In this document: in pieces, positions 12,472 through 26,552 of the stretch | How positions within the stretch are numbered: position 1 is the stretch's first letter | Layout: every line of letters begins with the position of its first letter | Program-made: the position numbers and the translations under genes | The notes under the pieces: model-generated | What the model was told of the DNA's origin: nothing | Database searches by the model: none | The model's input: the letters and a program-made list of their open reading frames with translations, nothing else | Assembly: GCF_001194135.2 (NCBI RefSeq) | Contig: NC_068984.1 | Coordinates: forward strand, 84,313,261 to 84,377,260 | DNA length: 64,000 bases | Direction: 5' to 3' | From: Octopus bimaculoides | Taxonomy: Eukaryota

Positions 12472-12758
12472 TGATGCTCTGTCGGTTACAGCGACGAGGG
12501 TTTCAGTTGATCCGGTCAACGGTAGAATCTGGTTGTGAAATTAACGTGTGATTGAGTACATCACAGACACGTGGCCTCAGGGAGATTCAGCATGACAAGG
12601 CTGGCCCTTTGAAATACAGGTACTCCTCATTTTTTGTCAGCTGAATGGATCGGAGCAACGTGAAACAAAATGTTTTGTTCATGAATAACACACCGCCAGG
12701 TATCGAACTCACGACCTTACGATTGTGACCCGGATACCCTAACCACTCAGCCACGCGC
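12472..12758 (-). mobile_element. tRNA-derived SINE sharing its 3' tail with family C but with a different head/body
   Basis: Head GTGGCTGAGTGGTTAGG..GAGTTCGATACC. The tail segment ACGTTAATTTCAC..CCGTTGA..GGATCAACTG also occurs at 56860-56930. Confidence 0.8.
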
Positions 12759-13266
12759 GCACACACACACACATTCACACACATACACACACATGTATAT
12801 GTATACATGTATATATATATATATAGATAGATAGATAGAAAAACATACGTATGTATATATAAAATATATATAAAAATACACACACACATACATGTGGACG
12901 ATTAATCCGAAATGCAAATGAAAAGTGAGTTGCAGTTGTTAAAATATGCACTTTTTATTCAGGGATACACTGTATATAATTCACTCGTAATCGAATAGGC
13001 TTTGTAATATATGTATATTTATACTCGTGTGTGTGTGTTTGTGTGCGCGTGAGTTTGTCTATGTGTTGTATGTGTGTGTGTGTTTATGCATTCATACATT
13101 CTCTCTCTTTCTATCTTTCTCTCATACACGCACATTTATACATAGCTCTATCTATCTATCTATCTATCGGTCTGTCTGTGTGTGTGTGTCTGTCTCTCTC
13201 TCTTTCTCTCTCTCTCTCTATCTTTCTAAGTATATGTGTATGCGTGTACATGTGTATATGTATATG

Positions 13267-13316
<50 letters not shown>

Positions 13317-14274
13317 TACATATATGTCCATAAGCATATAGATATATCGATACATGCATGCATACATACATTCATATATACATATATACATTGGCTGTAA
13401 GAAGCCAGTGTGCGATTTAAAAGATCATGATATTGAAAACTAATATCTATATTGCATTTGAGCAACAAGTACGCTCTGTTTAAAATTTTATATGGTATTT
13501 GCAATCTCAAAAAACACTTCCTTTTTACAAAATAACTAAGAACTTGACCAGAAGACCAGAGTTAATTTCTAAGTGTTATCACAAGAACAAATATTTGAAG
13601 AAGAAATGATATGAGAAAGTGCCTATTAGCGGTCTGTCCGCGAGGCCAGACTTCGATCGCAATAAAAACACTCATGGTGAAACTTAATCATAACGTAATG
13701 ACTGATGTTTGCTTGCATTTCAGCGTGCGAAACCAAAGTGGTTCTTTTCATGTAAACCGACACTACTGTACATTACAGCCGCCACAAGATGTGATTGGCT
13801 GTATTATATGTCGGTGGGTGTGCTGCTTATCTGTACAAGAAGCTTAGCGCTTACTGCTATAAAGTTACCAAATGTGATAATATTGCTTAAAGCACGAATC
13901 TAAATCTAAGCAGAGCTGCTGTAGGATTGGTTGCAAAAAGAAATCTGTTACACACTAATCCACGCACAGGTGTGTATCAGCTTACATCCCACTTCCCATG
14001 GGAATGTCTTTTTGTGGGAAGCCGTAAGCTCATCAGTACATAACCTGAATTACATGATACGGACTTAGCTTACTCCTGTCAGATCATCTTCCTTAGCGAA
14101 TAGAACTGGTGTAACAGCAAATCCGACAATACCACGTCTTACGAAAACTTACTGTCATGTTTGGTTACGCATGTATGTATGTATATAGTTAGGTATGTAG
14201 TACACATGCATAAATATATGCGTATATATAGGTATATATGTATCTATGTGTGTGTATGTATGTATGTATGTATG

Positions 14275-14320
<46 letters not shown>

Positions 14321-14321
14321 A

Positions 14322-14757
14322 CCTTTTGCTTGTTTCAATCATTAGACTGCGGCCATGCTGGTGTACTGCCTTGAAGAATTTTAAATAAATGAATCCATGT
14401 ATTTTTTAAAGCCTGGTGTTTATTCTATTGGACACTTTTGCTGAACGGCTAAACAAAGCATCACTGGTTGTCAAGCTGTGGTGGGGAATAAAGGCGCGCG
14501 CGCGCACACACAAACACACACACGCGCGCACATATTCATATATGGCTCAAAATGTACAAAAAATAGAAGACAGTGACAGGTGAGAGAACAACTGAGTGTA
14601 TTAATTTGACCCTCAGGAAAAGCGGAGAAGTGGAAAAGTCTTTGACACACCAGCATAGGTTGTCAAGCGATGGGTGGGGGGACAAACACAAACACACAAA
14701 CATATATATACACACACACACATACACACATATATATATCTATGAAAGAAGCCCGTC

Positions 14758-14789
<32 letters not shown>

Positions 14790-14932
14790 GACAGGCTTCT
14801 TTCAGTTTCTGCCTACCAAATCCATTCACAAGGCTTTGGTCGGTCCGAGACTATAGCAGAAGACACTTGCCCAAGGTGCCACGCAGTGAGACTGAACCTA
14901 GAACCATATTGGTTAGTAAGCAAGCTACACAG
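14322..14932 (-). mobile_element. Two partial SINE family A copies (14322-14492 tail; 14648-14932 head+body)
   Basis: GAAGACACTTGCCCAAGGTGCCACGCAGTG and the tail CTTGTTTCAATCATT..GCGGCCATGCTGG. Confidence 0.85.
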
Positions 14933-15030
14933 CAGAAGGACCCAGTTTCACTCGGGTTATAAACTCAAAGCCTTAACATAGTACTCTTTGCTTTTAATGT
15001 AATTTGACACCTTCCTTCTAGGCATGGTTA

Positions 15031-15530
15031 GGTAAATATTTCGTAAAGGACCCGTTCGTACCTCGGTGGGAAATGGGTTTTTTCCACAAGTTTTTTCGAG
15101 TGCATTCAAACACGCTGCAAGCCTCTTTTTTTCCGGAAAAGAAAGTGGAGGAGGGGGGACCGCGGAATTTCCCCACCAACAGGGGTTTGTTTCGCAGGTT
15201 TTGGTTTGTCTTTTCCAGGTTATTTCACATACTTTCAACGAATGTGACATCAAAATCAGGTGTAAATAACTCCTTTCCCCAAAAAAGGAAAGATTTGGTT
15301 GCTATTTTTAGTACGCTCTACTACCACGTAACAACTATTTGTGATAAGGGACCTGTTGATATTTTGCGGTAAAATAATTTTCTGACCCCTCCCCCACTTT
15401 CTTTTCCGGAAAAAAGTGATTTGCGGCGTGTCAGATATGTTGAATGCACTCGAAAAAAAAGAACCAAAAAACTGCAGAAAGAAATTATTTCACACCGAGG
15501 TACGATCGGGTCCTTTACGAAATATTTACC
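15031..15530. mobile_element. Non-autonomous TIR element (MITE), Merlin-like
   Basis: TIR GGTAAATATTTCGTAAAGGACCCG.TCGTACCTCGGTG (38 bp, 1 mismatch), with imperfect IR extending ~150 bp. Flanks CATGGTTA/AATGGTTA match 7/8 as an 8-bp TSD. Confidence 0.8.
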
Positions 15531-15959
15531 AATGGTTATTTACTAATACACAAATACACCGGTACTGAAGATTGTAAACAATGAAAGTAGCTGTAATAAT
15601 GTTTTTGGTACCAGACATCGTAACAATACAACAAACGCGCAGACACACACACGCTCAGACACTTACACACTCATATACAAAATGTGACGTCGTCGTCGTT
15701 GTGGTATGAAATGTCTGTTACTATAGTTGACTATAAAAAGATTATTTTCGAGAAAATGTTATGTTGTTTCAATCCAAATGAAATAAAATTTACATGTTGA
15801 CACTCGCGGGCTGTAATACTATTACCATGTAAAATTTGATTTGATTTGGTGGAGCCGTTTGAAAATACATAGGGAACAGACAGGAATTTTATACACACAC
15901 ACACCACACACACACATCTTTATTTATCTATTTGTCTCTGTCTGCTTGTTTATCTATTA

Positions 15960-16075
15960 TTCTTATGCAAGAATATTGACAGTGACTTCGAAGTTTCGGC
16001 CAGCTAGCCATCGTCGGACTGCTTAGCTGACCGTAACTTCGAAGTCAGTGCCAACAACATTCTTGTATAAGTATA
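15960..16075. repeat. Short inverted-repeat (MITE-like hairpin) element
   Basis: CTTATGCAAGAAT..TGACTTCGAAGTT / AACTTCGAAGTCA..ATTCTTGTATAAG. A partial related copy lies near 60840-60885. Confidence 0.6.
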
Positions 16076-19021
16076 ACAAATTTGTTCTCTGCAAAAATAT
16101 CGAGTAACCTATCAGTTTAATGTAAAGTTGCTCTTATTATAACTGAACGGAAAAACAAACATTAATATCTATCCATCTATCTATCTATCTATCTATCTAC
16201 CCCTCTTTTCTGTTCTCCGTTCCTTTTCTCTTAAATATCGATTGTCTATCTCACCCAATAGACCAGTTCTGAAATCGAACAGAGTGCAATAATAAATGTT
16301 AATGTTAACAAATCAAGCGACAATAGATACATAAACACACGAGAATGGTAATCAAAGCTGCTTGAAGCTTATGTAGTTAACTGCAGTTGATCTTGTACAG
16401 CAATATATCCTGCCATAACCATTTGTCGATGACGTATTTATATGTTCTATATAGCGTGTGCACACGTGTAAGTACATACACACCAATCACACACACACAC
16501 GCACGCACACACATGTACACATACACATACATACGTACGTACGTACATACATACATACATACATACATACATACATACATACCTATATAAGTCAGACTGC
16601 ATATTGATTATCTTTGATCTTTTGGGAAATTCTATAGTACTGAGCACATTTTTATTGCGAAAAAATAGCTTATTAATTTCGGAAGCAGTAATTAAAACTA
16701 GTTAGTGACGATGTAGGAAGGCTATAATCATACTGTATTATTGCAACACTTAACTGAATGTAATTGATATCGAATATCTACAGTAAGGAAGCAAAGTTGT
16801 TACAGCAAAATAATTGATTTATTTTTTTTGTGTGCTCATAAAGCTAATAAATTTTGCCTGCATTGCTCGGTGAAGGAAACGAGGTGGTGTTCAGGAGTAG
16901 AGTCTGTATCTATTTTTCAATTCATTTGTTCTGTAGCCCTTTTTCTGTCTAAAATTTTCATAAGTTTGTCCTAAACGTCCATGCTTGTTTTCAGACTTTT
17001 AGTTAGTCTTTATTTCATACGTTCTGCGTAATAATATAAAGCTTTCCTTTCGTAATTCCCGAGTTGAAAAAAGTTGGGTACGTCTATCATATTATATGAT
17101 ACATAGATGCCAGGGAAATGTCACATGCGATAAAAAGGGTAGAGAAAAGGTTAATGTTTCAAAGGGAAAGTGTGAAATGATATTGGTGAGCGTTTATATA
17201 AGTAACTATGTACATATGTATGATTTACTTGCAGGGCAGATTAAGACTCGTAGTGACCCGAAGCACTAAGATTTTAGCGCCCCCATATACATGTAATTCA
17301 AAATATAAACAAAGATAAACCTTAAAATTAATTTTAACTTTTCAAAATGAAACAAAACTAACAGTAAGATAGAAAACAATGCTCATTTTTGTATACTTTC
17401 ACTTTATTCATATTCGAAAAGTTTTATTCCTACCAGTAACGGCTCGTAGATAAAATTAGTTGGGGGTGCAGCTTTAGAAAATTTTTAGCTGTTGTTTTAA
17501 TATTGTGTAAAAGAAAACAAATATATAAAAAGAAAATTTATACTCAAACTTGATCGGTCGCGTTTTAGCCACTGCCGAGTAGTGTGTTTAATTTGTTCAC
17601 TGAACACCATCGCGAATTACCCTTGTTTTTCAAAAATCCCCCCCTAAATCACAAAATAAGGGGTGAAAATGTGTCCTATTTTTCAAATCCTGGCAGCAAC
17701 ACTGAATCTGGAAGCAGGATAATAATCTAATTCTACACTTTATCACATTCAAGAATATAAATACGTTTTTAAGCACAACACACGCAGAGTCAAAAAGAAA
17801 CATTACCTTTCACCCGGCATTGTTGTTCACGCAGTGCTCTCTCTCCCTAGTGTGAAGCTTCCTAACTCGGAAATGTGAACATGCACACAACAGCCAAACA
17901 CCGCGTCGCTGGAAGTGTGAAGCGCACAGTTCTATACAAGGATTTTTGCATTTCTTTCATAAACTGGGGGATGGTTACTGACATTAAGCTTGAGGATCAT
18001 ATAATGTACAAGTATACAGAAAGAATTAAAGAAAAAAGGGCTCCTTATATTGAATGTTATCGATGATAGGGTGTGCTGCAATTCCACAGTTCCTATAGAC
18101 GAGTCACCACTGATTCCTACTCTTTTTGATTGCAAAGTCTTTGATCAGATCCTCAGAATAAAAATTACGTAACACATCTGCTTCTATTCTTAGTAGAGAT
18201 AAGGCATCCCGAATATTATTTTAGCGAGTTTAACGTGATTTTTTGTGCCGTAAACCTTTTACCATTTTTATTGTGTCCCCACCTACTTCCCTTGATGCTC
18301 TAAGCACATGCTTATTTTGTTTAATGGTTAATCGAGCGCTGCATACTTGTGTGTATAAATGTATGTGAATGCGTAATTGCTTAAATTCTCCTACGCTACA
18401 TTCTGTCACTTTGCGCCTGGGCCACAATACTTTAATCAATTGTTATAACCATTTCTAAATGAGTGATTCTTTGGGTAATATTCTTATCCAACTTCCCGCT
18501 AACCATTATCTAACTCATAATTCAGTTATCTAGCATCGTAGTTATACATCTATACGGTTCTTTGAGGTAATTCTCTGAACCACTTAACTTCTTTAATCTA
18601 TTATCGTGGCTGTACCTCTACATCGAGTTATATCAAATATACTTATCCTCATATACCAACTGACTTGTGCCTCCTTTCTTCTCACCCTCTTGCACCTCTT
18701 TTACTTAATCATCTCTCTTTCTACAAGACCAACCACTCGACTCCAGTTATTCCATAATTTCCGCACTCTTTCACGAAGAACAAGGGTAAATAAACGATAA
18801 ATAAACGGTAAATAAACTTCCTTAGTTTGTTAAGTCTCTTGATTGTCTTAATCGACGGAGAGCATTACCAAATGTTTAAAAAATTCCTAGAAATCCTTTG
18901 AAAAATTACTGTAATCGCTATAATAATTTTTGTCTAGTCTGTCTAACATAACTTCGGTTTGATTCGCAACTCTCTTCTGTCTGTCTGTCTGTCTGTCTGT
19001 CTGTCGGACTGTCGGTCTGTG

Positions 19022-19053
<32 letters not shown>

Positions 19054-19154
19054 TGTATGTATGTATGCATGCATGCATGTATGTATGTATGCATGTATGT
19101 ATGTGTGTATGTACACAAATATACAGGTATATATTTCTCTATTTTAAAATATTT

Positions 19155-19365
19155 AAGACGGCAAGCTGGCAGAATTGTTTGCACACAGGACAAAATGATT
19201 AGCGACATTTCATCCGTTTTTATGTTCTGAGTTCAAATTCTGCCGAAGTCGATTTTATCCTTACGGGGTTGATAAAATAACTACCAGTTGAATACTGGGT
19301 CGATTTAATCGATTTATCCCTTCCCCGAGGTTGCTGGCCTTGTGCCAAAATTTGAAACCAATATT
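19155..19365 (+). mobile_element. SINE family B variant (tail GCTGGCCTTGTGCCAAAATTTGAAAC)
   Basis: AAGCTGGCAGAATTG..GAGTTCAAATTCTGCCGAAGTCGA..GGGTCGATTTAATCGA. Confidence 0.8.
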
Positions 19366-20467
19366 TAACGATATAATACAGCTTTCGAAGAATAAAATGT
19401 CTTTCAAATTACGTTTGTAACAAAATGGAAAGGAAGTGCTGAATCTCCATTCTTTAAATTTCTCTAAAGAAAGTTTACTAATAAATATTTTTCTCTGCTA
19501 AATTTTAATTAGTTACTTTCTTCCTTCACAACCAGAAATGCCAGGTATCTATTTACCTTTCTATCTATCTATCTATCTATTTATCTGTCTGTCTGTCTGT
19601 CTGCCTGTCTATCTACTTCTCTCACTCTCTCTCTCTCTCCCTCCGTATCTCTCTCTCTCTTCTCTCTCTCTCTCTCTGTTTTCATCTCGGTCTCTCAGTC
19701 AAAACACAAATATCTTAGACAACTCACAAGCACTGCCCATTTCAGCATCTTCCATTCAACCATTTAAGCAAATTGTTGAATGAGCATTTTCTTGCAGTTA
19801 TTTCTAAAATGCGTTTTATTATTGAATAGTTCGTCATGAATGAAGAACGTAATTTCACAAATACAACGTTACAGTGGTAGCGTTCTGTTGCCGTTTTTAC
19901 CTCGATTTCTCACTGAATACATTCCTGTCTGTCTGTCTCTGTCTGTCTGACTCTCTCTCTCACTCTCTCTGTATGTATGTGTGTACATACCCAAACATAT
20001 ATTTCTCAACATGATCTTTAACATTAAACAACCACTTTCGAAAATGACAAAAATTCTGCTTTTAGAATAAGCCAGTTTATTTACAGAATAGGAAGGAAAT
20101 GGTGAATCTCCAATCTTTAAATTTCTCATAAGAAAACTTACGAATAAATATTCGTTTTCCTCTTTAAAATTTTAATAAGTTACTTTGCTGTATGTATATG
20201 TATGTGTAGATTACTTTGCTGTCTATCTATCTATCTATCTATCGACCGATCGATCGGTCTAACTTTTTCGAGCACGGTCAGCTGTATGCTGCTCTGGACA
20301 GAGTCGGGGTCCATCAGATGTAAAGATTTTTGTTTGTCAATGCTAATTTACTATACCAAGAGGATCTCACAGGCATCCCAATAATGAAAATGCTAAATTC
20401 ACTAAAAACATTGTATACACAGACATTGTTTGACCGTCAAAATGGCCTGTTTGTGATATGTTGTGTA

Positions 20468-20600
20468 TAATATTGATTTCAAATTTTTGTACAAGGCCAG
20501 CAATTTCGGGGGAGGAAGCAAGTCGATTACATCGACCCCAGTACTCAATTGGTATTTATATTATCGACCCCGAAAGAATGAGTAAGATTCTGAAGGCCAC
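20468..20600 (-). mobile_element. SINE family B variant, 3' half
   Basis: Reverse complement of the same tail and body (ATCGACCCCAGTAC..ATCGACCCCGAAAG). Confidence 0.75.
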
Positions 20601-20972
20601 GTGTTCGTGTATGCGAATGTGTGTGCGGGCGTGTGTATTGTGTATGTGTGTGCATGCATGTGCGTGTGTGCATGCATGTGTGTGTGTGTTTGTGTGTGTG
20701 TTTGTATATGTGCGTGCGTGCGTGTTTGCGTGAGATGTCAGAATCGGTGGTCCATACTTGTTACGTACTTTCATGCGCAAGTCCCACCCACGTCCTTCTT
20801 TTTTTCCCTTTTTTTCCCTTCACGAGATCGATATAATTAGTAACGTGAAATACCGTGGTCGATAAAATCGACTGAAACCCTTAAAAGGGTGCCTTAACAA
20901 TAATCCAATGAATAAAACCAGCAAAAGAATACATATAAACTCACACACATGCCGGGGCACATAAGTGCATAT

Positions 20973-21093
<121 letters not shown>

Positions 21094-21429
21094 CATACGC
21101 ACGCACACACATACGTGCATTCATCCAATTGATTGTATACTATTATTTTTTATACGTTCCGGTTGAATTCATCCCATCAGTTTAACAAAGCTTGGGTATT
21201 GTTGGGTCTATAATCTCCGTTTACAGCCGCCATCTTTTACAGTTTTGTTTCCCTTACACTGGCGATTACAGTCGATTACATAGAGTTAAGTGGTGTGTTT
21301 ACTAATTGTTATTGTTGTAGTTGTTGTTATGGTGGCGATTGAACAAATTTTTGTGGTGGTAGCCCTAATCGGTTGTTTATGTCGCTGATTTTGTTGTTGA
21401 TGACTGATTACATCGGTGTGTGTGAGTGT

Positions 21430-21482
<53 letters not shown>

Positions 21483-22387
21483 CGCGTGCGTGCGCACGCG
21501 TACGTGTGTGCGTGTGTATGTGTGCGTGTGTATGTGTGCGTGTGTATGTGTGCGCGCGTATGTGTGTGTGTGTGTTTTAAGTCAAGTAGACAGGTTAGCT
21601 AATCAAACAAAACTGAATGCTCACCATTTTGTTATTGTTGTTTCAAAGTTTAAAGACTTTGTTCAGAAAGTGATAATGTCGGTTGTAGGTCGTAATGGTA
21701 GTGGTTTTGGAGGTAATAACAATGGTAACGGTGATGGTGGTGGTGGTTTTTGTGAGTTCTCTTAGTTGATATTTTTTCAATGAAGAACGCCATTCCGGCA
21801 GTTCCTATTATATGTATGTGTGCTTTTTTTTATACATAGAACTACATTATTCAATGTTTTTGACTTGTGTTGATGATTTTTTAATGTGTTTTCTGATGTC
21901 TCATAGCTTAAGGTCAGTCCTGATAAACCGAAAAGCGCTTCAGCCCTGACATGTAAAGGCTACATAGACATAACTGAAGAGAAGTTCAAGCAAAGTATTC
22001 TGAGATGGATTAGGGATGTATCCTGATGAATAAAAAGTACTAAGAAAATTGAAGTAACTACAACGAAAAACGTGTTGTTTATATTACTGCTGTTAGTGTT
22101 TAGATGAAGTTTAGCTCTCATCAAACAAAATCTTATGGTGAAAGCGTTCTAGCTATAACTATCCCATATTTTCAGGTAAAATAACTAGGATTACATTATT
22201 CTTTGTGTCCTTTTAAAGATGGTAGGGAAATCACAGGACTTGCTAGAAATAGCAGCTTAATTACTGTCAACACAAGCATACACACACACACACATACAGT
22301 GTGTGTGTGTTTCAGTTGAATTAGGTATTTAAGTTGAAGCACTAAGTCAGTGCGGTATTATCCGTGTAACTCAAAGCAAGATGAACA

Positions 22388-22692
22388 AAATCAAAATAAG
22401 CAACAGGATATCAAGAGGTGATGTGGTACGACCGTTTCAAGCGGATCCAGTATATTCTTAGCTACATTAGTAGCAACATGGACTCTTACCCTCACGTTGC
22501 TCTATTAGAGAATTTGAGTACATTTATATTAATGTGTCCATCTGATTAAAAATTCTATTTATTTATGTAGCTAAGGATAGCCCTGCATTTAAACTGATGT
22601 AATGATCGCATTGTTCAATTAAATGGAGCCGTTTGAAACGGTCGTACTGCATCACCTCTTGATATCCTGTTGCTTATTTTGATATTTTGATA
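22388..22692. repeat. ~60-bp inverted repeat arms around a ~175-bp spacer (probable MITE)
   Basis: ATCAAAATAAGCAACAGGATATCAAGAGGTGATG..TACGACCGTTTCAA at 22389-22440 versus its reverse complement at 22628-22685. Confidence 0.7.
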
Positions 22693-24832
22693 NNNNNNNN
22701 NNNNNNNNNNNNNNNNNNNNNNNNNNNNNNNNNNNNNNNNNNNNNNNNNNNNNNNNNNNNNNNNNNNNNNNNNNNNNNNNNNNNNNNNNNNNNNNNNNNN
22801 NNNNNNNNNNNNNNNNNNNNNNNNNNNNNNNNNNNNNNNNNNNNNNNNNNNNNNNNNNNNNNNNNNNNNNNNNNNNNNNNNNNNNNNNNNNNNNNNNNNN
22901 NNNNNNNNNNNNNNNNNNNNNNNNNNNNNNNNNNNNNNNNNNNNNNNNNNNNNNNNNNNNNNNNNNNNNNNNNNNNNNNNNNNNNNNNNNNNNNNNNNNN
23001 NNNNNNNNNNNNNNNNNNNNNNNNNNNNNNNNNNNNNNNNNNNNNNNNNNNNNNNNNNNNNNNNNNNNNNNNNNNNNNNNNNNNNNNNNNNNNNNNNNNN
23101 NNNNNNNNNNNNNNNNNNNNNNNNNNNNNNNNNNNNNNNNNNNNNNNNNNNNNNNNNNNNNNNNNNNNNNNNNNNNNNNNNNNNNNNNNNNNNNNNNNNN
23201 NNNNNNNNNNNNNNNNNNNNNNNNNNNNNNNNNNNNNNNNNNNNNNNNNNNNNNNNNNNNNNNNNNNNNNNNNNNNNNNNNNNNNNNNNNNNNNNNNNNN
23301 NNNNNNNNNNNNNNNNNNNNNNNNNNNNNNNNNNNNNNNNNNNNNNNNNNNNNNNNNNNNNNNNATATATATATATATATATATATATATAATTGTAATA
23401 TAGTTGTGTGCAGTATGTGCATGATGAGCACGTGCATGTGTCTACATAAAGCAATACCACCCACTCTCAGTAATTAAATATCTCGGCTGGACGAACCGGT
23501 TAGGTTTATATGCGTCTGCTTGCTGTACAGCTCCTGGCATATATTTATTTAAACATTCCCACTTACTATATTCTTCCCCTAGTCGAGTACTCTGAATGGA
23601 TTTCACAACCTTTCGAAGACGATTATTTCCTGATGATATATACTTTGTACCTTTGCCCGTCACTATTCAATTTATATACTGGCCACTTGTGATATATTGT
23701 GTGAATAAAAGAAGCAACTGTCTTTAGTTCAACAACGACTGAAGAGGTAAATAATCGTCGAGACGTGGGGCAACTTGGAAAAAAATATTCCATACTTTCT
23801 AGGTGGTGTATTTCCTCTCATTGATTTAATTCACATAGACATATATTCACGACACCGACTACCTAATGAGTCGTTGTGCATTCTCAGAAGTTAATTATTA
23901 CTCTCAGATGAGCGAAGATAATACTGCTCATGTTCATACACATTCATCTGTCTATCTACCTCCCTACCTACCTACCTACCTACCTANNNNNNNNNNNNNN
24001 NNNNNNNNNNNNNNNNNNNNNNNNNNNNNNNNNNNNNNNNNNNNNNNNNNNNNNNNNNNNNNNNNNNNNNNNNNNNNNNNNNNNNNNNNNNNNNNNNNNN
24101 NNNNNNNNNNNNNNNNNNNNNNNNNNNNNNNNNNNNNNNNNNNNNNNNNNNNNNNNNNNNNNNNNNNNNNNNNNNNNNNNNNNNNNNNNNNNNNNNNNNN
24201 NNNNNNNNNNNNNNNNNNNNNNNNNNNNNNNNNNNNNNNNNNNNNNNNNNNNNNNNNNNNNNNNNNNNNNNNNNNNNNNNNNNNNNNNNNNNNNNNNNNN
24301 NNNNNNNNNNNNNNNNNNNNNNNNNNNNNNNNNNNNNNNNNNNNNNNNNNNNNNNNNNNNNNNNNNNNNNNNNNNNNNNNNNNNNNNNNNNNNNNNNNNN
24401 NNNNNNNNNNNNNNNNNNNNNNNNNNNNNNNNNNNNNNNNNNNNNNNNNNNNNNNNNNNNNNNNNNNNNNNNNNNNNNNNNNNNNNNNNNNNNNNNNNNN
24501 NNNNNNNNNNNNNNNNNNNNNNNNNNNNNNNNNNNNNNNNNNNNNNNNNNNNNNNNNNNNNNNNNNNNNNNNNNNNNNNNNNNNNNNNNNNNNNNNNNNN
24601 NNNNNNNNNNNNNNNNNNNNNNNNNNNNNNNNNNNNNNNNNNNNNNNNNNNNNNNNNNNNNNNNNNNNNNNNNNNNNNNNNNNNNNNNNNNNNNNNNNNN
24701 NNNNNNNNNNNNNNNNNNNNNNNNNNNNNNNNNNNNNNNNNNNNNNNNNNNNNNNNNNNNNNNNNNNNNNNNNNNNNNNNNNNNNNNNNNNNNNNNNNNN
24801 NNNNNNNNNNNNNNNNNNNNNNNNNNNNNNNN

Positions 24833-24990
24833 AATTTAGGAAGGGCCTTGCTAGTCTGCCAGATAGATGGACGCTCATTGTAGAAAATGAAGGAGAGTAT
24901 ATTTTAGATCTAAAAAGAATGTTGTTTATCTTAACTTTGGAAAATAAAAGAAATATAAAAGTCCGCATTATTTATGGGATGACCCAATAT
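24833..24990 (+). mobile_element. 3' end of a mariner element
   Basis: FRKGLASLPDRWTLIVENEGEYILD*, then TIR-like CGCATTATTTATGGGATGACCCAA followed by (TA)n. Confidence 0.8.
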
Positions 24991-25162
24991 ATATATATAT
25001 ATATATATATATGACACCGACTACCTAATGAGTCGTTGTGCATTCCCAGAAGTTAATTATCTCTCTTAGATGAGCAAAGATTATACTGCTCATGTTCATG
25101 CACATCTATCTATCTATCTATCTGCCTGTCTGTCTGTCTGTATCTCTCTCTCTATCTCTCTC

Positions 25163-25213
<51 letters not shown>

Positions 25214-25619
25214 CTATGTGTGTGAGAGGAGAATTTATATGTCTATAAATATACATATATATATTTTATACATATATATGTATATATGCATACACACACA
25301 CACAGACACACACATTGCAGCTTTTTAACAATACCCCTGAGACCACCATTAACAAGCCATAAATGTTGTCTATACTATCATGTTCACAATCACAACCAGC
25401 AGCGACTTAGTCTTACCAGCAATGTCATAACCAAGACAACTACCTTCCTCACCCACTCACAACTATCATCACTACAATTACCAGTACCATCAAACCAACA
25501 CTGCCACCATCACCACCACCACCACCACCACTGCCACTACCCCTACTACTACTACTACTACTACTACCACTACTACTACCACCACCACCACTACTACTAC
25601 TACCACCACCACCACCACC

Positions 25620-25658
<39 letters not shown>

Positions 25659-25934
25659 NNNNNNNNNNNNNNNNNNNNNNNNNNNNNNNNNNNNNNNNNN
25701 NNNNNNNNNNNNNNNNNNNNNNNNNNNNNNNNNNNNNNNNNNNNNNNNNNNNNNNNNNNNNNNNNNNNNNNNNNNNNNNNNNNNNNNNNNNNNNNNNNNN
25801 NNNNNNNNNNNNNNNNNNNNNNNNNNNNNNNNNNNNNNNNNNNNNNNNNNNNNNNNNNNNNNNNNNNNNNNNNNNNNNNNNNNNNNNNNNNNNNNNNNNN
25901 NNNNNNNNNNNNNNNNNNNNNNNNNNNNNNNNNN

Positions 25935-25972
<38 letters not shown>

Positions 25973-26511
25973 TGAGCGTGCTTAATTATTACATGTTTAT
26001 ATACACACACACATGTATATGTATGTGTGTATATATATATATATATATGTGCATATATATACACACACATACATACGCACACACATATTTATTTATCTGT
26101 ATGTGTGCATGTCTACATATCAGCATGTAGTCATATTTCTTTGCCCCACCCTCATCTCCCAACGCAATCTCCTTACCCAACCTCTTACCTCTCTACGTGT
26201 CTTCCTCTCTTTTATCTACCTGAAAATATTTCCTTTATTTTTCTCTGTTTTCCCATATTTTGTTCTAACTGGAACACACCCAACGGCACTGGGCTGTTAT
26301 AATACAACTCTATACGCGTAAACGAACACATATAGCCAGCCCCCACACATTTTTGCATTTGAGTGTTAATGCGTATACACATATATATTTAAATATGCAC
26401 GTGTATATATTTGTGTGCGTGTGTATATACTTCTGAGTATATATGCGCGTATATACATAGATATAAATATATGTATACATGTGTATTTATATGTACGTAT
26501 GTATGTAGAAA

Positions 26512-26552
<41 letters not shown>

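Noticed and set aside
13960-14045. Minus-strand CTGATGA with hairpin GCTTAC/GTAAGC
   Set aside because: GAAA is replaced by TGATA, position 17 is G and there is no stem I. It is a hairpin but not a supportable HHR.
15560-15600. CTGAAGA-TTG TAAA CAA-T-GAAAG HHR-like string
   Set aside because: Only 2-bp stems I and III and a G at the cleavage position, which is compatible with chance.
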